A stretch of DNA of 64,000 nucleotides from the human T2T-CHM13v2.0 reference genome, Homo sapiens (GCF_009914755.1 NC_060938.1), one strand, 5' to 3'; counted from the stretch's first letter, positions 40,158 to 53,326 are shown. Notes: generated by a model not told the origin, from the sequence alone. Program-made: numbers and translations.

Positions 40158-40464
40158 TTTTCCTTTTATTTATTTATTTGTTTTTGAGACATAGTTTCAC
40201 TCTGTTGCTCAGGCTGGAGAGCAGTGGCAGGATCTCGGCTCACTGCAACCTCCTCCTGGGTTCAAGTGATTCTAGTGCCTCAGCCTTCCCAGTAGCTGCG
40301 ATTACAGGTGCACACCACCACATCCGGCTAATTTTTGTATTCTTAGTAGAGACAGGGTTTCACTATGTTGGGCAGGGTGGTCTCGAACTCCTGACCTCAA
40401 GTGATCTGCCTGCCTCAGCCTCCCAAAGTGCTGGGATAACAGGTGTGAGCCATCGAGCCTGGCC
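40158..40464 (-). mobile_element. AluS
   Basis: Reverse Alu; taatctt on both flanks. Confidence 0.92.
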
Positions 40465-43400
40465 TAATCTTCTTTTCTTATATGAGATTGGTTAATCAGC
40501 TGCAATTCTGAGTAGATTTGAGTTTCATCAATTCCATTTTTTTGCTAGACAGAAGGGGATGGGAACTGATGAGGCATGAAGAATTCATGTTTGGAGGAGC
40601 AGATTCCTGCAAGGGAAATATTAATTCTTGTTGCATATGAAATTTGATATATTAATAACCAGTAAGGTTCAGAAGAGCTTGTATGAATGAAAATGCTGAG
40701 GAAACAGTACTTCAAAAGTTTGAGGGTCTGGTGGGCTGTATCTGCATGCCCTGGGCTTTCCTAGGGGGATCTAGTACTAATGCCAAGGGGACTGAATGCC
40801 ATTTACAGGGGCTGATTTCAGCCCCTGTAATGCAGTTTTCTCAAAAAAGGTAAGTGGGGAAGAAATCAAGTAACAGATGCCTGGAGTCCTAATTGCATTT
40901 CATCTCTCTACTAAATGAAGTGAATTGTTGATTAAGAAATTCAGATTTACACTGCATTTATTCATTCAACCAGCATTTGTCATCTGCCTACTGTATGCCA
41001 GGCACTGCTTTAGGTGCTGGGGCTTTGAAGCAAAATTCAGCCAAGTCCTTGTCCTCCAGAAGCCCTCAGTATACCCTGAGATGAGAACTGAAATGATGAT
41101 TGGGTTGGGATGAGAGAGGTGTGTATCCCTGCCATCTCCTAGTGCCTTTGGTAAAATGACCACAGACATCCAGAGTATTTGGATGTTGGAGGAAGTCATT
41201 TTACCCTACAGAGGTTGAGGAAGCTGCAATTGTCATGGCAACAGATTAAACGGAGCTGAAACTCTCGGGTGTGAGTGCCCCAGCTGTGAGCACTGCCTCC
41301 TCCTCCTCTGCCTAAGTTCTAGCCTGACTGATTCTCGCTTACTGCAGAAGCCATTTTCCTGGATGTGGGATTTGCCTGGCAAGGGGCTGCTGGGAAGGCG
41401 AGAGGGTAGTAGAGATACTACAGGTTCACATAGAATAATAAGCGGAAAGCCTAACATTTATTGGACTCCCCTGCCCCAAGGTGCCAGGCCCTGTGCTATG
41501 CTTGTGGCCTTATCTCATCTGATATTCACAGTAGCTGCATGGGTGGGAGTCCTTTTTCCTCCACTATACAGATGAGGAAACTGAGGCTTAGATGGGCTAC
41601 AGATAGATTGTCCTGTCAGATCCCAAAGCCAGCACTTTTAATGACAGATTACAGTGGCTCTGAAACGCAGGTCCGGTGTATGTGGAAGGTGCAGGGTGGA
41701 ATGGCTAAAATGCAGATTCTTAAGCCCAGCTGTGGACCTACTAATTACAATGTCTGGGGGTGAGGCCTAGGAATCAGAACACAAAGAGGTCCTGGAGGGT
41801 TCCTTGTCCAAGTGAGGACTAGAGGGCGGGAGCCACTTGTTCCAGGTTCCAGGGCTAACCAGTTAGGATTAGGATCCAGGCCTTCTATGCCAGCTCAGTG
41901 GGCTTAGAGCAGGTGCTGTGGGGTTTTCTCAGGGAACCAGAACAGGATAAGGTGGGTCCAGCCACTGAAAGTTATCTTTCATTTATGATCACAAGGCTCT
42001 ATCGAACTGGTGCTCCAATCAAGAAAAAGAAAAGGGAAAATCCCTAAATGGTGCTTATCATATTTTCCTTCCAGCATTTGTCGGCAAGGCCAACCCACTT
42101 CCCAGCCTAGTCACCAGGGCAACCATCACCCCCACCTTGACAGACAAGTGCAAATGCAGCTTCTTGCACCCACATCCAGGGCCACGGGACCCAGCCCTAT
42201 AATCAGTCTCCCGCTGCCTCTGCAGGCAGCCAGCAGCGACAGTCACACACACTCCCTGCACTCCGAGCCCATCACCCCATCACGGTTCTACAGGCACCCC
42301 CTCCCCACGCTCACACAGCGCATTCTGCTTCCCTCGCCCACTGCCTCCCAGGAGACAAATGTGCAATCTGCTCCTGGCGCGTATCATCACCTCTGGAGGG
42401 AGGAATCTGCCCTCGAGTCGAGGCACAGCCCAACACACACAGCCCACACATGAGAAAAAAACACCCCTTCCCGGAGAAGTGGAGTGGTGGCAGCGAACCC
42501 CCTCTCCCCTTCCAGAGACAGCTGAGGGGGCGGCGGAGTTTAGGAAGAGTTTGCAAAGTGACGAGCACATGAGCGGCTGGCTGAGGCAGCTGATGGGGAG
42601 GCTAGTGGCGGGGCGGGTTGGGAGTGGGGGAAGGTGGGCGGCCACAGCCTGTTGCTAATGAAGCAGCTCGGGCTGCCATGCGAGATCAGAGCCCCTTACC
42701 TGGCTGCAGACACCTGGAGTCCCACCCAGCAGAAAGTGAAGCTGGGCTCCCTCTTCAAGGTCCCTGCTAGAGCAGTTTCATGAGACCAGGCTGCCGGGGA
42801 CATGGACCCTCTGTCAGGACTTCAAACAAACAAAGCCAGCTCCTTGGGTCCAGGGTGCCTACCCAAGTGCCTGCCCGCTATACTGTGCTCACCTGAGCTC
42901 CCTCCTCAACTGCTGGAGCCCACCTGTGCTTCTGACCAGCTTTACCATGGCCTCTGTTCCAGATGCCTCAGCTGTTCCCCTCACTGACTCCTTTCCCCCT
43001 TCTCACCTGTCTTGCACACATCCTGGGCATCTCAGAGTCTCTGGGTTTCCCCTGTCTCCTAGGCTCAGAGCCATCTGCCCAGACTGCAGGGATCAGGGCT
43101 GCTGTCTTCATGACCCTCCTTCCTCAGGTGCCTGCAGCCTGAGGCCGACCCCTTCAGGCTCCTCCATCCACTTCCTGGCTGGAGGCAGCCCTCCTCCTGA
43201 GGGGTTGAGCCCCAGAGGCTGCTGAGCCAGGTGAGACCATTCCAGTGCAAGGGAGTTAATCCCTAAGAAGCCAACTCTGACCAACGGGAGGTGGCAGGAA
43301 GCCTGACAGGCCTCCTTCCCATGGACAGTTCCCAGGCCTGCCTCGAGATGTCCTGTGTGGCCGGGTATCTGGCAGTGCCTATTGGTAAACTGAGGCCTGG

Positions 43401-43899
43401 TGGGCAGCACAGTGCCCTGTATTTGCTTCCCTTCTTGCCCCATCTCACTGCCCTCTCCCTCACCCCAGCTGCCCTGCGATTGTACCCCCCCGCCCCCGCA
43501 CCGCCCCCTCCGACTGCCAGGCAGCATTAACACCTAAGCTTCACTGCAGACTGCTTTCTAGGTAAGCCAGCTACGTTGGCACTCAGATTTAAATAAAACA
43601 GAATTCTTGCTCTGTCTTATCTAGCCTAATTCCCTTATTTGACAGAGGGAGCTGAGGCTCAGAGAAGTTAAGCGGAGGAGCTATGTCTGTTCATTACTGT
43701 AACAAATAGTTAACAAGCATCTGTTATGTGCCAGGCATGATTCTAGGCACTGGCAATGCAGTGGTGAATAAAATGGACAAAAATCCCTGCCTTTATGGAA
43801 CATAGCATTCTATAAGAGGAGAAAAAGACCATAGACAAAGTGAATAAGTAAAATATTCAGAATGGTAGAGTGATCATTGCTGGTGGTGGCGATGCTGGG

Positions 43900-44258
43900 T
43901 GTCATGGGCTGAATTGTGTCCCTCTCAAAATTCATATGTTGAGGCTCTAACCCTTAGTATCTCAGATTGTGACTATATTTGGAGATAGGGCCTTTAAAGA
44001 GGTAATTAAGTTAAAATGGGCCCTAATCCAATAGGACTGTGTCTTCATAAGAAATTTGGACACAAAACCAGGGAGGTCTATACCCAGAGAAAAGACCATG
44101 TGAGGCCCTGGCAGGAAGGCAGCCACAGGGGTCAAGCCATCCTGCAGATGCCTTCATCTTGGACTTCCAGCTTTCAGAACTGTGAGAAAATACATTTCTG
44201 TTGTTTAAGCCACCTAGTAAGTGGTATTTTGTTTTGGCAGCCCTAGCAAACTAATACA
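43900..44258 (+). mobile_element. MLT1B-like solo LTR within L2 remnants
   Basis: TGTCATGGGCTGAATTGTGTCCC...GCAGCCCTAGCAAACTAATACA; flanks ctggg/gtggg. Confidence 0.8.
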
Positions 44259-45849
44259 GTGGGATTTTAATTTCATGAAAGGCATCCCAAGTTGGCCTCA
44301 TCGAGAAGATGACATTTGAGTAAAACCCTAAAGGAGGTGATGGAATGAGTTATTTGAAAATCTAAGGGAAAAACATTCTAGGCAGAGGGACTAGGCTCAA
44401 TGGCTCTGATCTGGATCATACCTTGAGTGTTGGAAGAATAGCAAGGGAGCCAGTATTCATGAAGGAAGCAGAATGGGTGAGGGAGAAAAGGGAGGACATG
44501 AGATCAGAGGGTGAGGGCATGTGGAAGGACATTCTCCACATGAGATGGAGAGAATTGCAGGGTTTGGGGTGGGAAGGAGGAATTTTGTCTCCAGGGGACA
44601 TTTAGCAATCTCTAGAAACATTTTTTATCATCACAGCGGTGGAAAAGAGGGTGGAGTAGCAGTATGACACTAAGTGGGTAGAGGGTACCTTTCAATGCAC
44701 AGGACAGTGTTTTCCTCCCCTCCCCAGCAATTACCGGGCCCACAGTGTCTGTGGTGTCAAGGTTAAGAACCCTGGTTTCAAGCTCATGGTGACTAGGTCT
44801 GACTTTTGTGTTAATAGGTTCACGTTGGCTATGTTGGGGACAACTTTAGAAGAGGAAAGGCAGAAGCAGAGGCACCCTTGATCCAGGTGAGAAATAATGG
44901 TGGCTCGGACCAGGGTGGTAGATGGCCTCCTGATATTCCAGTTTATTGCTCCCCACCTCCTCCCTCTTTCTCTTCTCACTTTCTCAATAAACATGAACAG
45001 GACCCTTACTATGTGCTAAACATCGTATCAGGTGCTGGGTAGATTCCAACAAGTATGGCCCACTAGGAGCCTGGTCTAGTTCACTTAAGATCCAAGTGAA
45101 GAGAACTGCAGAGAACAGGCACTGACTTGGGAGCAGACTATGTGACGTCCACTTGGAGCTGCAGATGGAGCTCTGGGGCAGTTGTCAGCAAATGCCATCT
45201 ACTCAGACATTAATGAAAGCACAGAATGAGCACTGGGTGGCTGATATTTCCATCTATCCAGCTCCACAAGCCAAAAACTTGGAAGTCATCTTTACTGCCT
45301 CTGCGTCCCTGAACTCCACGCACCGTCCCCCCACCCACCCATCTAATCCATCCCAGTTACCTGTAAAACTTCTCTTGAATCTGTTCACATCTCTCCACCT
45401 CTATACTAATGACTCTAGTCCAAGCTACGATCATTTTCCACCTGGTCCCTGTTGTCACTGTGTGGCCTGCAATCTTTATTAGTCAGGATATATAGCCAAT
45501 GCTGCAGAAACAGAAAGCATGGCCTCTCAGTGGCTTAACACAAAGAAGGTTTATTTCTCACTTACGCAAAAGTAGGTGGGGTGATGCTCCTCCATCAGTC
45601 TAACTACCTGTATTTTTTCCATAGCAATTATCATAGTTTGTAATGCTATATTTAATTGTATGCTTATTGGATTAGATTGCTTTTCATTGTTCTCACCAGG
45701 ATGTATGCTACCTGGTAGTAAGGCCTACACCTAGAACAATGCCTATAATATAGCAATAACCCTTGAAATATTTTTTAGTGAATGAATGAATGGATAAATG
45801 AAGTGGCTAAGCTATAACTGGAAAACATTTAATTGCCCTGATCTAAAAA

Positions 45850-47060
45850 ATTATAAAATATTATTTCATGCATAAAAAATTATATATAATACATACGGAT
45901 ATTTTAAGCATAACAATAAAATAAACACTCATGTTACATCAATTCAAAAGGTAACACATTACCTATGCCCTCTGTGTGTCCCTCCCTGATCACGTCTTAA
46001 TCCTAGAGCTAAACAATAGGTTGCATTTTGTGTGTATCATTCCTCTTCTTTTTTTGGTCATTTTAACCAAGTATAGATATTATATATTATTGTTTCAGAA
46101 TATTGTGTCAATGGTGTCATATGTAGATAAACTTTGGCAATTTGCATTTGTTGTTCAACATGTTTCTGAGATTTGTCTTCACTGAATTATGTAGTTGTGG
46201 TATATTTTCACTGACAGTTTTCCATTGATTGAGTAAAATGCAATTAGTGAAAGTATTTAAATGTCCGTAAATGTTTGAGTTCTTTCCAGGCCTTTGCTAT
46301 TGCAATATGTACTGCTATGAAATTTCTTGTGCATAGCTCTTCGTGCAAATGTGCAAGAGTTTCTCTAGTGTTTTACAAGTTAATGCCAAATTATTTTCCA
46401 AAGTGGTTGCACCAGTTTACACTCCACAAGCAGTATGTAAGTCTGCCTCTTGACATTTGCGAAACATTTGATGTGATCAGATGTTTAAAATTTTGCCTGT
46501 TTGATGGGTGTGTAAATTTGCCTTTCCACTTTTATTAGTGAGGGTTGAGCTTAATTATTATTAAGGTTATGTTAATTATTCTTAATTAAGGATTATTGAG
46601 ATTGAGCTCCTTTTCATATTGATGATTCTTCTGTAAAATCACTGCCTGTTTATATATTTTGCCCATTTTTCTATTTAGTTGTCTTCTGATTTTTTCGAAG
46701 TTCTTGATTCTGGACAGTAATTCTTCTATGATTAATTGGTTGTCAATATGTTTTCCCAGTTTATAGTTTGTCTTGTCATGGTCTTTGTGGTATTTTTTGA
46801 TAAATACAAGTTCTTAATTTTAAAGTAGTTAGAGTTTTTTCTTTTTTCGAGATAGGGTCTGACTCTGTCACCCAGGCTGGAGTTAAAGTAGTTTGATTTA
46901 TCGATCTTTTATTTTATGGCTTATGCTTTGGTTTTAAGAAAATTTTCCCTATTCAGATGTCATAAAATGACTCTCATATTTTCTTCCAAAAGTTTGAAAG
47001 ATTTGCCTTTCATATTTCAGCTTTTTATTCACCTAAAATTGTTTTTTGTGTATGATATAA
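45850..47060 (-). mobile_element. Old L1ME fragment
   Basis: ccaaagtggttgcaccagtttacactccac; degenerate reverse L1 3' motifs. Confidence 0.6.
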
Positions 47061-47061
47061 T

Positions 47062-47778
47062 TGTATTAGTTTCCTATGGCTGCTATAACTAATTACCACC
47101 AACCTAGCAGCTTAAAACAACATAAATTTATTATCTTACAGTTATGGAAGCTAGAAGTCTGAAATAGTTTTCACTGGGCTAAAATCAAGATGTCAGCAGA
47201 GCTGCATTCCTAGAGGAGAATTTTTAAGTTTTTTTTTTTTTTCCAAGTTCTATAGGGTGCTGGCTTATGGCCCCATTTTATATTGAAAGCCAGCAGTCAG
47301 CCAGGTGTGGTAGCTCATGCCTGTAATCCCAGCACTTTGGGAGGCTGAGGTTGTCCTTGAGTCTAGGAGTTCCAGATCACCCTGGGCAACATGGTGAGAT
47401 CTCGTTCCAACAACGACAACAACAAAAATTAGCTGGCACACAGCTGTAGTCCTAGTTACTCAGGAGGCTGAGGCAGGAGGATCACTTGAACCTGGAAGGT
47501 CAAGGGTGGAGTGAGATTCTAGCTCAAAAAAAAAAAAAGTGGCTGGTTGCATCCTTGCATGGCATCACTCTGACACTGAACTTCTGCTTCCCTTTTTCAC
47601 GTAGAAGGTCCCTTGTGATTACACCGAGCCCACGGAGGTAAACGAGGATAATCTCCCTACTTCAATATCCTTAAATTAGTTGCATCAAAATCCTTTAGGC
47701 CATGTAAGGTAACATGCCCATATGTTCAGGGAATTAGGATGTGGACGTCTTTGGGGAAACATTATTTTGCTTCCCATT
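47062..47778 (-). mobile_element. MLT1C-like LTR containing an AluJ (47299-47538, +)
   Basis: tgtattagtttcctatggctgctataac...ggatgtggacgtctttgggg. Confidence 0.75.
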
Positions 47779-48090
47779 ATAATCAATTGATTCAGCACAA
47801 CTTCTTGACTCTGTTCTGAACCTGGGTTCAGAGGGACACTGGTCTGGTGACAATGATAATAGTAACAACAAACACTTGTGCCAAGAATGTTTCTAAGCAT
47901 TGTATGCATATTATCTCATTTAATTTTCACAACACTTTGTACTAAGTGCTACTATTATTCCTAGCTTAGCGATGAGTGAAGTGAGGAGCAGAGAGGTGAA
48001 ATACTTTGCTGAAGATAGGGAGCAGCAGAGTTTGACTCAACCCCAAGTACCTGAGCTTCGAAGTCCATGTGCTTAGTTAGCACCATGCTA

Positions 48091-48506
48091 TTTTTTTTTT
48101 TTAATTTTATTTTTTGACAGGGTCTCATTCTGTCGCTCAGGCAAGAGTGTAGTGATGCAATCTTGACCTCCTGGGCTCCAGTGATCCTCCTGCCTCAGCC
48201 TCCCAAGTAGCTGTGACTACAGGTGTGCACCACCATACCTAGCTAATTTTGTTATTTTTTGTAGAGACGCTATATTGCCAGGGCTGGTCTTGAGCCCCTG
48301 GGCTCAAGCAATCCTCCCACCTCAGCCTCCCTAGTAGCTGTGACTACAGGTGTGTGCTACCACGCTCGGCTAATTTTTGTATTTTTTGTAGAGACAGGGT
48401 TTCACCATGTTGCCCAGGCTGGTCTCGAACTCCTGAGCTCAAGCAATCCACTTGCCTCAGCCTCCTAAAGTGTTGAGATTACAGGCGTGAGACACTGTGC
48501 CCGGCC
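48091..48506 (-). mobile_element. Three-armed AluJ with a single TSD accatgctatttt
   Basis: Internal ~127-bp duplication; TSD at 48082 and 48508. Confidence 0.8.
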
Positions 48507-49249
48507 TACCATGCTATTTTTAAATGAATAAACAAAGTGGATAAATCTAGTTTCAGTTAGCTGTGTGTTCATGACTAAGTCACATAAATTCTCTGAGCCT
48601 CAATTTCATTATTTGTAAAATTAGAATAGTGATGCAGCTTTTCTGCATTCCACAGGGATGATTTGAGGGCACGTTGAGACAACATGCATGAAAGCAGTTC
48701 AGATAAGGAAAACAGAGATCCAAGAGTCATTCTGCCACATGTCACTGGCAGAGCCAGGACAGGGACTCAGGTTTCCTGGCAGCCAGGCTGGGCAGGCTAC
48801 TTCCACCACAGAGTGGTAATTAGAGCAGTTACAAATTCCAGTCATCAAATTGAACATTTTCCCTTCATCACCCTCCTGCCCTGGAACGGCCAACATTAAA
48901 GCCGTATCTGTATATTCAATCAATTGTTCATTAAGAACGCCCTCCAGTTTTAGAAGATACTGTTACAAAATCCAAATGTGAGATAATACTTCTTAGCTGG
49001 AACAGGGTAAAGTTGACAGGTAATATTTTGTATCATTTACAAATCAAAAGGCAGAGAATTTCAGAAATTGACAGAAAGGGGAGGCTGTAAGATATCTGCT
49101 TAAGAAAACCACCTCCTCATGTGTTTGCCTCTTTTCCATCCTCATCCTATGTTTCTGTCCTCTTCTACTTCCCTTCACTTTTCCTTAGTAAAGCAGGGAT
49201 TAGAAAACCTGAATTTTAGCTGTGGGCATCATTATTGACCATTTTGCTT

Positions 49250-50580
49250 TGAATTTCAAAGGCAAAATTGAAGAACAAAAGAGCCAAGAGTGGGAGATTC
49301 ACTCTACCAGATCTTAGGATGTATAATTAAGCCACAGCAATAAAATCAGCACAGCACTAGCATAGGAACAGATCTAGATCAATAGAATAGCCACAAGAGC
49401 TCAGAGACAGACGTGTGTGTCTCTAGGGACTTGGCATACGATACAGACGCCATCATGCATCTGAGGGGAAAAGATGGATTGTTTGGTGGGTGCTGCTGGG
49501 AAAACTGGCTCACTAAATAGAGTTAATAATACTGTATTCCTGCTCAAACTGTATGCAAGGTGAACCCCAGGTGGATTAAGACCTGTGACAGGTAAAAGTA
49601 TGAAGCCAACTAGGGGAAAATGTAGGAGAATATTTTGCGACTAACAGGTGGGAAAAGATTCTTAAACAAGACCCCAAGACCACACTGCACAAGGCTAAAA
49701 TTTGATGCATTAGGCTAAATGAAAATTAAGGATTTCTCCTCCATTGCAGCATAGCAAAGACCAAGCAAACAGGATGCATGAAAGATTGAGAGAAATATTT
49801 GCAGTGTTTTTCTAAAACTGACAAAAGATTAATATTTAGAACATATAAGAAACTCAACTGCTTCAATTCATTCAGAAAAAATAATAAAATCCAGCAGAAA
49901 ATAGGTAAAGGATGTAAATAGATAATTCACAGAAGGAAAACAATCTCGATGGTTCTTAAGTATATGGAAAAATGGTTAACACCACCAATCAAAAAAATAC
50001 AAATCGAAATTACAATGTGATACTACTTTACTGATTTCAGATTGACATAAATTAGGACATCGGATAATACCAAATGTTAGCATATAAAATGGGAAACGGG
50101 TACCTTCCTACCTTCATGTGCCATTGGTGGGTGTGAATGGCAAAGCCATCTGGAGGCCAACATGACAGAGTGAAACCAAACACTGTGGACTTCATGACCC
50201 AGCGACTCAATTTCTTATGTTCTGTAAGGGACACGTCTAACATCCATTCCAGCATGGTCTGTGGTAGTAAGGAACTGCTGGCGACCTAACTAGCCGTTAT
50301 TTGAGGAATTGATAAGTAGAATATGATAGACACACAAATCAAATATTATTATTAGTCATTATTAATGAACTCTTGTTGTATAGTGTCACATGGATAGATC
50401 TCTAAGACACTGAGAGAAAAACAAGGAACAGAATGAGTTCTCATCACAATGCCGTTCATATATGTTAAAAACAGACACAAACCATGTATCTTTTGAGGCT
50501 GTATACGGTGCATGAACTGGGACATACCTTAATAGAGGAGAGGGTGCATATGGCGGGTAGAAGAATGGGTGTGGAGAAGG
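49250..50580 (+). mobile_element. Old L1ME fragment upstream of PPP4R4
   Basis: Degenerate L1 ORF2/3' motifs (tgctgctgggaaaactgg; catggatagatctc). Confidence 0.6.
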
Positions 50581-50779
50581 AACGAGTAAAAAATAAAAAC
50601 AAAAAAGAAAAGGGCCTTGCTGACTGACGAGCTGAACAGTACGAACTTGTCCCCAAGGTCCAAAAAAATCGCCCCAATCCCCCTTCCATCTCGTCCCATT
50701 CTTAACAGAACCAAGTGCAAGGGACTCAGCGTGGCTGTCCAGAGCAGGGCTTTTCTTCATCAAGGACCTAGGTCCTCTT

Positions 50780-52600
50780 CCTTCCACCCACCTCGCCACG
50801 CCCTCGGTGCCCGAGCCCCGAGCTCTACTTCGACGGCACTTTTCAAACACAACCAAACACAGCCAGGCTTCAACCCCGGACCGGCTTGCTTTTATTATTT
50901 CTCTTGGGAAAGCCTTATCGGTCGCTAAGATTCAGTTTAAGTGACTCTTCTCTGGGAGGCCTTTTCCGAATGCTGCCCTTGACCAAAAGCCAGCCCCTCC
51001 AGGGCTGTATTCCCACAGCCCCCTCCCCCGTCAGCCGGGCACCCCGCGTCCTAACTGCTTATTTTGGGCACTCAGCGCTCCCCTCAGGGCTGGAGTTGTG
51101 CTGGGGGGGGTCTCTGGGTTCACGGCCCGCCAGCTGGGGTGGGCGGTCCTGGGAATAACTGGACAGTTAAGTCAGCAGGTACAGCCGCAGCCCAGCCAGC
51201 TCCCTCTCCTCTGCTTCCGCTCTCATTGGCTCAGCCTCCCCGCCCCCCAGCCCCCGCCCCCCAGCCCCCCTCCCCAGCGCCCGCCCCCAGCGCCCGCCCT
51301 CAGCCGGCTGCGGGAGGCAAAAGGCTCTGCGCACGCGCTGTGGGGTGGGGCACACTTGGTTGGGGGCGGACGGGGGTTTAGGAGGACGGCGAGGAGCGGG
51401 CGCAGAAGGGTGGCGGGGCCGCCGGGTCGTTGCGCGGCAGTTGCGTCCGGCCTCTTGCGCGCGGCGCCCGGGAGGGGGCGGGGCCGAGGCGGGCAAGGTG
51501 GCGGGCCCCCGCCCCTGGCCCCGCCCCCGCAGCCCGCCCGCGAGCCTCGCCCCGCCTCCTCGCCGGGCCCGCCCCGCCCCCTCGCCGGGCCGTGCTCTTG
51601 CTCCCGCCGCCTGGCAGCCTCACGCTCGGCTCCAGCGGCCAAGAGCCGGAGAAAGTCCTGCTGGTGGGCGGCCGCGGGGCTGAGGGCGTCCGGCATCCCG
51701 GGGCCGCTCCGGCCCGGGCGGCGAGAGTGCCCGGCGGTCCATGCATCCGCCGCCGCCCGCCGCCGCGATGGATTTCAGTCAGAACAGCCTGTTCGGTTAC
51801 ATGGAGGACCTGCAGGAGCTCACCATCATCGAGAGGCCGGTCCGCCGGAGCCTCAAGGTGCGCCCCGGGGAGAGGACCTGCCCTCACGGCGTCCGGCCGC
51901 CTGCCCCGCGCGGTCCCGCGCTGATCTCTGCCCCACGCCACCACCCTCCCCTCCTCCGGGCCGCCGGGACCCTCTCAGTCGGGCCGGCCCCTCCTCCTCC
52001 ACCCCTCTTGCCGTGTCGCCCTAAGCCAGTTCCCTCTCGGACCCTTCCTCAGAGCGGACCGGGTCCTCTCTAGTCTGGACCCCCATCCCCAAGGGACGGG
52101 TCCCTGCCCCAGCCCCGGACCGGCGCCAGCCCCGCGGCCCTTGCCCCTCCTGAGGCGTCCGAATCCCCCCGGCCCACCCCCAGGAACGGCCGAGCTCCAG
52201 CCCTCGGGGCAGCCCCAGCGTCCTCCGTCGCGGACCCCCTTCCTTCCGCCCCCCCCCCAAAGGAGCTGCCCCTCGAGGCCGCAGCCCACTTCTCCCCGGT
52301 CCTCTCCTGGGCTCCCCAACCTCTGGTCCGCTGACGCCGCCCGGGTTCTGGCCCCAGGCCCACCCATCGGTCCACACATTCCCAACTCCTCCCCCCACCT
52401 CTCCCGGAGACACCACCCCGCGTCCCGTCCCCTCACCCCCAGCCCAAGTCAGATCAAGCTCGGGTCCTTCTGCCCTCGAGGTAGCCCGGCCTCCCCTCGC
52501 TTCCCAGCCAGCACTCTTTCTCAGTGTCGTCCTGGTCCCTGTCTACAAGCCCTCGCGACCCTTTGCCGCCATCCTGAGTCACCGCTCATCCTTTCCTCCC
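50780..52600 (+). promoter_or_regulatory. PPP4R4 CpG island/promoter
   Basis: Very GC- and CpG-rich; many GGGCGG/CCGCCC boxes, inverted CCAAT (attgg ~51226), spans exon 1. Confidence 0.9.
51741..51857 (+). CDS. PPP4R4: PPP4R4 (protein phosphatase 4 regulatory subunit 4) coding exon 1
   Basis: MHPPPPAAAMDFSQNSLFGYMEDLQELTIIERPVRRSLK then AAG|gtgcgc; 117 nt, phase 0; recognised PP4R4 N-terminus. Confidence 0.95.
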
Positions 52601-53326
52601 ATCCCCTCCAGGACTGTAGCTGGGACCCAGCTCCCCAATCCCCTTGAGGGGGTCAAGCTTCAGCTTGCTCCCCCCACCCCTACTGGCTCTCCCACCCCGC
52701 AGAGTCATCTTCCTCCCGGCGGCTCCAACCTTTAGCGCCAGCAAACCTAGTTTACGGACCGGACCCCTTTCCCCTGGCCATTGCTTAATTAGCTGCCTTA
52801 GCTCCTCTCACTCCCACCTGCCGCAATATCTCAAATCTCTGGTTTTTTTCCAGCCCCGGAGTTTATTTCCTTCCCTCCCCCACTCCAGATCTTGTCCTTT
52901 TCATGCCTACTCGGCTGCAGTCTTCATCCATCTCCCTTTTAGCATTTCTTGGGGTGGAAAATGCTGGAGAAATAGCCTTGAAGTATTAGAGATAAAAAGT
53001 GTGTGTATTCGTTTTATAACATGCGTATGAAATGGATTTCAGCCAAGGTTCTGAAGCCACGATGTGATTTTCAAGCTGCAGTCCAGGAGCTAGAAGGATA
53101 AAAACAGAAAAATACAGCCCCCTCCCCAAACTCCCCAAACCACCCAATTAGAGACCTCCGTGATTGATGTCGCCTGGTATCCTCAGCTCCTTGATTAGTT
53201 TTCATTGTTAATGCTTAATTGTGAAACTTTTTCATTCGTTTATCCTCATAGAGGGTCACTGGGAGGTTGGGGGGCAAGACTGAACCAATATTTGTGGTGC
53301 ATAAATGTGTATTTTACCCTTGACAG

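Noticed and set aside
51064-52647. Many long overlapping ORFs (up to 308 aa) on both strands
   Set aside because: Stop-poor GC-rich CpG island; low-complexity P/R/G/A translations; only 51741-51857 matches a real protein with a splice donor.
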